Source of the DNA: a virus
DNA: 64,000 bases
Direction: 5' to 3' (one strand)
Virus record (IMG/VR): IMGVR_UViG_3300032053_000011
Coordinates: 32,001 to 96,000 of that record
This document shows positions 59,944 to 64,000 of this stretch, one piece after another. The first letter of the stretch is position 1. Every line of letters begins with the position of its first letter. The notes beneath the pieces were generated by a model, which worked only from the letters and a program-made list of their open reading frames with translations, had not been told where the DNA came from and ran no database searches. Both the position numbers and the translations under genes were made by a program.

Positions 59944-60338
59944 GCAAGCTCCTGCGGCTCTACGGGACCTTCAAGATCGAACGCGACCGGTTCGCGCGCG
60001 TCTTCCCGAATGTCGCCCATGCCACGCTGATGGTCTCGCCGCGCGCCTGCTCGCCCGCAAGCCGATGTGTGTGGCGCGACTTCGCCTGGGCGTTTCCAGA
60101 TCATGGTGAAGTGCATCTGTCCCATCGCGTCCTGTCGCTGCCGGTCGAGAATCAGATCGGCCTCATCCGTCACGAACTCGGACACCTCGCTGATGGGCAT
60201 ATTGCGGAGCCATGGGCAGAGCAGCGCGCCGACGATCTCGCCGAGAGAGCTACCGGCGAACGCATCTTCTACGACGCACGCGATCTTCAGACGATTGCGC
60301 GGGGCCAGTACCCGCGGCCCATGCACTTGCACCGGTGA
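59940..60338 (+). CDS. HExxH metallopeptidase-like protein (ImmA/IrrE-like spacing)
   Basis: IRHELGHLAD.......EQRADDLA; GTGA-coupled to the HTH gene. Confidence 0.6.
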   Translation: MSKLLRLYGTFKIERDRFARVFPNVAHATLMVSPRACSPASRCVWRDFAWAFPDHGEVHLSHRVLSLPVENQIGLIRHELGHLADGHIAEPWAEQRADDLAERATGERIFYDARDLQTIARGQYPRPMHLHR

Positions 60339-60406
60339 TTGCGTCGTGAGAGGAACGCGAATGCGCGGGAAGTGTCCGCACTACTCGTGCCGTGTAGACT
60401 GCCGAC

Positions 60407-61444
60407 ATGCACGAGAACCCACCACGGCGGCTCCCAGTGTTCGGCCAGAGCCGTGTCGCGCCCGAAGAGCACGCGCGCGAAGCGGAAGTGTTCGCCCGGC
60501 GAATGGAGCGACGTGAAAAATTCCTGGCCTTCGTTGCCGCACGCGACCTCGCACTGGTAGTGCGCCCGGTCGACCCGTATACCGGCCATGTCCATGAGCC
60601 GTGCATAGTCCCTGTCGGCGGGCCGCTTGTGATGCAGTACGACGACGGCGAAGGCGGCATCAGGACGAGCAGCCCGATCTGGTCCGCCGGTCTCTTCTCG
60701 GACACCACGAAGATGAAGGCGCCGAGCTTCTCTCTTCCGGCCGGACTCCCCTCGGCCGGAGGGACCTGTCCCGCATCCAAGCTGGATGGTGAGCCTGACA
60801 AAGTCTTCATCTGCCACGACTGTTACGCCACCAAGGGCGGATACCAGTGGCCCAGAAATGTCGCGCTGAGCCTCATCCGGCGTGACTGGACCATCTCCGC
60901 GGTGCGCGACAGCAGCTTCGCGCCGGGGATGATTGCTTCCATCGAGACCATCCTCGAGCGACCGCATGACCCACGCTGGGACTCACGCTACTTCCGAGTC
61001 CATGACTCTGGCGACTTCATGGGCAGCGCGGCGTACGTGCGTGCCTGGAACACCGTGGCGGCTCACTTCGTGAAACGCATCATCTTCTGGGCGCCCACCC
61101 GCGACTGGGTGTTCTTCCCCGATCAGGCCCAGACGGCACGGAAGTACGGCAACGTCCGACCGAACCCCGATCTCGCCGCGGCGATGCGAGAGCGCCCAGC
61201 GAACTTCGTGATCCGGCCGAGCGCGCTCCAGGTCGGCGATGCACCGCCGGTCGTGCATGGACTGGACGGCGGAACCAGCGTGGATACCCCGTCCATCCAC
61301 GCCGCGTTCACCACGTGCGGTCCTGCCGCCAAGGGCCACCAGTGCAGTTGCCCGGCGTACGAACGTAGCGTCAACTGCCAGAGCGCAGGATGCCGGACCT
61401 GCTGGATCTTCCCCAAACGCCAAGTCGGTTACAAACAGCACTGA
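60407..61444 (+). CDS. Phage GP88-like Cys-rich protein
   Basis: KM..PSFSLPAG...TCP...CHDCYA.KG.Y, YFRVHDSGDF, FWAPTR, NFVIR.S, CPA....C...CRTCW, V.Y..H. Confidence 0.75.
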   Translation: MHENPPRRLPVFGQSRVAPEEHAREAEVFARRMERREKFLAFVAARDLALVVRPVDPYTGHVHEPCIVPVGGPLVMQYDDGEGGIRTSSPIWSAGLFSDTTKMKAPSFSLPAGLPSAGGTCPASKLDGEPDKVFICHDCYATKGGYQWPRNVALSLIRRDWTISAVRDSSFAPGMIASIETILERPHDPRWDSRYFRVHDSGDFMGSAAYVRAWNTVAAHFVKRIIFWAPTRDWVFFPDQAQTARKYGNVRPNPDLAAAMRERPANFVIRPSALQVGDAPPVVHGLDGGTSVDTPSIHAAFTTCGPAAKGHQCSCPAYERSVNCQSAGCRTCWIFPKRQVGYKQH

Positions 61445-61450
61445 GGTCCC

Positions 61451-62167
61451 ATGACCGGCGCCGATCGACTTCAACAGTTCTACGCACATTTTCTCGCCGA
61501 CGCGCCTGCTGGGCCACCGTTCCCAATGTCATCGGCGGACACGCTCTTCGAGGCATGGCTCGAAGGACACGAGATCGCCCCCGACGACTTCCGCGAGGAG
61601 GACTGGATCGAATTCCTGACGCGCATCGGGATCACCGACTCGCGCGATCAGGATGCCTACCTCACGCGCCTTTCAGAATGGGGAGGCGTCGTTCACGTGG
61701 ATCGGGAGACTGCCGCAGCCGCCGGACAGGTGTACTACGGCATGGTCGCCAATCCGAGTGCTGGATACCCAGCGCCGTACCAAGCCAACATCAGCAAGGT
61801 TGGCTCGCAGAACAGGAACTTCAGACGCGTGCTGCATACCGGGCAGCGCATGCAACTGGTCGTGATGAGTCTTCCGCCTGGGGGCGAGATCGGTGCCGAA
61901 ACGCACGCGCACGTCGAGCAGATGATCTTCGTTCAGAACGGCAAGGGTCGCGCGTGGATCGGCGATTCAGTCCGAACGATCACGACCGGCGATGTCGTCG
62001 TAGTGCCAGCAGGCGCACGGCACAATGTGCAGAACGACGGCAAGGATCCATTGCAGCTCTACACCGTCTACGGTCCGCCCAATCACATCGATGGTCGCGT
62101 GCATGCGACGCGTGCTGATGCCGATGCCGACAACGCTGACGAGGAGTTCGGACGGCAGGTTCGGTAA
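61451..62167 (+). CDS. Cupin-domain protein with acidic N-terminal extension
   Basis: NFRRVLHTG...QLVVMSL.PGGEIG.E.H...EQ...G.G...VPAG..HNV.N...LYTVYGPPNH; the extension ends in VANP. Confidence 0.85.
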   Translation: MTGADRLQQFYAHFLADAPAGPPFPMSSADTLFEAWLEGHEIAPDDFREEDWIEFLTRIGITDSRDQDAYLTRLSEWGGVVHVDRETAAAAGQVYYGMVANPSAGYPAPYQANISKVGSQNRNFRRVLHTGQRMQLVVMSLPPGGEIGAETHAHVEQMIFVQNGKGRAWIGDSVRTITTGDVVVVPAGARHNVQNDGKDPLQLYTVYGPPNHIDGRVHATRADADADNADEEFGRQVR

Positions 62168-62179
62168 CTGGTATGCAGC

Positions 62180-62779
62180 TCAGCGCTCGCGGAGCGCCTC
62201 TTCGATTCGCTCGCGCTGTGCATGCACCGCTGAAACGAGCTTACGCATCTCCGCCTCGGTCGCCTCGATTCGTTGCTGATCGGTTCGCGCCTGACTCTCC
62301 GCCTGTGCTCGGACGCGATCCAGTTCGCGCCTGAGCATGGCGTTGTCGTTCTTGGCCCACTTGGCCATCGCTTGAATGATCGTCTTCGTGCGGACGTCGG
62401 GCCGCTCGATCTTGTCGAGATCGATCCGTAGCTCGCGCGCGCAGTCCTCGATGTTGGCCGTTGGATCACCATCAAGAGACGACGAAATCGGTGGTCGTTC
62501 ATACTTGCAGTTCCCGCAATCGATCCAGTCGGCAGGTCTGGGAACGTGCGGCTCACAGCCGCACTTCCATGTTCCGCTCTCGCACCACGTTCCGACCTTC
62601 GCTGCTTCCCTGGTCGCGACACGCTCTGGATACGCGTCGTCCAATCGCTGCCGTGCCGCAGGATCCCCCGGCATGAAGTGCCGATCGCAGGCATAGGATC
62701 CGCCGCAGTCGGTGCACGACGCGTTGAATCCGGCGTCTACTTCCCGCTGTTGAGTACCGTCACCGCGGTTCCCCATCAT
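62180..62779 (-). CDS. Cys-rich plus coiled-coil hypothetical protein
   Basis: CTDC...CDRH, WKCGC...CGNC, C-terminal coiled coil. Confidence 0.55.
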   Translation of the reverse strand: MMGNRGDGTQQREVDAGFNASCTDCGGSYACDRHFMPGDPAARQRLDDAYPERVATREAAKVGTWCESGTWKCGCEPHVPRPADWIDCGNCKYERPPISSSLDGDPTANIEDCARELRIDLDKIERPDVRTKTIIQAMAKWAKNDNAMLRRELDRVRAQAESQARTDQQRIEATEAEMRKLVSAVHAQRERIEEALRER

Positions 62780-63246
62780 GGCCTCACGACTCGGCGAGCG
62801 GCATGATGAACGGCACAACACGACTGGCCGTGAACCGCGTCATTCTCGCAGTCCAGAACGGCGCACGGAGGAGCATCGGAGATCGCGCGACTCAGCACAG
62901 CGATCACCTCGAGATGCGAATGCGTGTCATTGTAGAGTCCGATTTGAGCATCGCTCTTCTTGCGCGACACAAACTCGATGTGGGTCAACAATATGACCAA
63001 CGCATGGATCTCGGCGCGGCGCGTTGGCGCCACGCGCTGGACCGCGCCACGAAGGCACCAGCATGCGGCGCGGGGATCGCTCACGCCGACTGATACACCG
63101 TCGCTGCTCCGAGCATATGCAACCTGGGACCAGCATCCAGGCGGCGAGATCAGATCACGTGCATCGCGCAGAACTCCGATGGCCAACGTGCGTTCCTCGG
63201 CGTTCATCGGCTTCCGGTCCTCAACATTGTAGAGAAACTCGGTCAT
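62776..63246 (-). CDS. DUF6197-like phage protein
   Basis: ARDLI.P..W.Q.AYAR..DG....A.CWCL.GAV...YND..SH.EV. Confidence 0.65.
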   Translation of the reverse strand: MTEFLYNVEDRKPMNAEERTLAIGVLRDARDLISPPGCWSQVAYARSSDGVSVGVSDPRAACWCLRGAVQRVAPTRRAEIHALVILLTHIEFVSRKKSDAQIGLYNDTHSHLEVIAVLSRAISDAPPCAVLDCENDAVHGQSCCAVHHAARRVVRP

Positions 63247-63666
63247 CGCGAAGCCTCAAGCGGTCCGATGGGTCGAATGGCACCGCAACGCGGACACCGG
63301 TCGACGGCAGCCCCCACGACGCGCGCAAGATCACCATCGCAATGGCAGCACCAGAACTCTCCCTCCGCACCTACGATCCATATCCCGGCCACTGTTGCTT
63401 CTGCGGCCGAGTCATCGCCGCAGTGCGGACATGACCCGACTGAAGATCCGAAGCCGTCCGGGTGCGAGCACAGCGCGATGCGCAGAACGCCGGTGATCTG
63501 GGCGAGCGTCGATCGCACGGATAACAGATCCATCCAGTCGGGATCCTCTGCTGACGCCGCGAACGCCGCCACATCGCGGTCGCATTCGGCCAGCATGGCG
63601 AGGGCCTTCTCGCATGCCTTACGCACCGACGTTTCGAGAACAGCCGCGGGAGATGCCGATGGCGCG

Positions 63667-63999
63667 TCAGCGTCCATTGCTACCCACCGCGATCCGCGGC
63701 CGTGCCGCTCGTGGCGCCTTCGCCGGTGTGCGCGCCGGATCACGCGCAGCCTTCGCACTCTTCACAGCGTCCTTCACCGCCGCCGCGGGCGCGGCTTTGT
63801 TTCGTGGTCGTCCACGAACGCGTGGATACTCGCGAGCGAGATCGTCCAAGCCGAGCCCCCGTGGATCGCTCAAGGGCAGCAGCCAGTAATGCAGCACGCG
63901 CTGTGAGACCTTCAACATGCGCGCGCTCTGATCCCTGTTGCCAGCATGCGTCTCGAGCGCCGCGCGAACGGCCGCACGAACGAGTTCCAGCGACGGAGC
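63667..63999 (-). CDS. Fis-type HTH protein with AT-hook-like motif and Lys/Ala-rich tail (5' end probably outside the window)
   Basis: The frame stays open upstream of ATG 63918: ALETHAGNRDQSARMLKVSQRVLHYWL, then RVRGRPRNK and AVKSAKAA...PAKAP. Confidence 0.65.
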   Translation of the reverse strand, partial: APSLELVRAAVRAALETHAGNRDQSARMLKVSQRVLHYWLLPLSDPRGLGLDDLAREYPRVRGRPRNKAAPAAAVKDAVKSAKAARDPARTPAKAPRAARPRIAVGSNGR

Positions 64000-64000
64000 A

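Noticed and set aside
1-64000. tRNA, rRNA, integrase, transposase, terminase, portal or capsid genes
   Set aside because: None were recognised by eye. Divergent structural genes or tRNAs could be missed without HMM or tRNAscan searches.

Overview
A 64-kb, GC-rich, gene-dense stretch that reads as part of a large bacteriophage or virus-like element. Evidence: many short hypothetical genes coupled by ATGA/GTGA overlaps, a phage replication module (initiator plus DnaB), a RecT/YqaJ/SMC-like/RadA recombination set, Gp37/Gp68- and GP88-like genes, and no housekeeping operons, rRNA, tRNA or CRISPR that I could see. I found no terminase, portal, capsid or integrase, so virus type and host cannot be fixed from this window. 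Layout: about 2-19 kb holds membrane-anchored proteins and envelope/glycan enzymes (GH64 glucanase, SLT, phosphodiester glycosidase, holin-like). A long leftward arm (about 17.6-42.3 kb) and a rightward arm (about 42.4-57.7 kb) diverge from a perfect palindrome at 42299-42317. Most notable: (1) a 17-bp GCTAGC-N5-GCTAGC box in the same register within eight sigma70-like, mostly leaderless promoters, suggesting a regulon; (2) about 11 paralogous ~140-220-aa proteins with conserved end boxes and a variable core, partly Imm5-like; (3) a recurrent x-x-N-P motif at domain junctions; (4) a degenerate tandem copy of the DnaB ATPase domain; (5) a -1 frameshift in a fibre/spike-like gene. All family assignments come from motif recognition by eye, not database searches.
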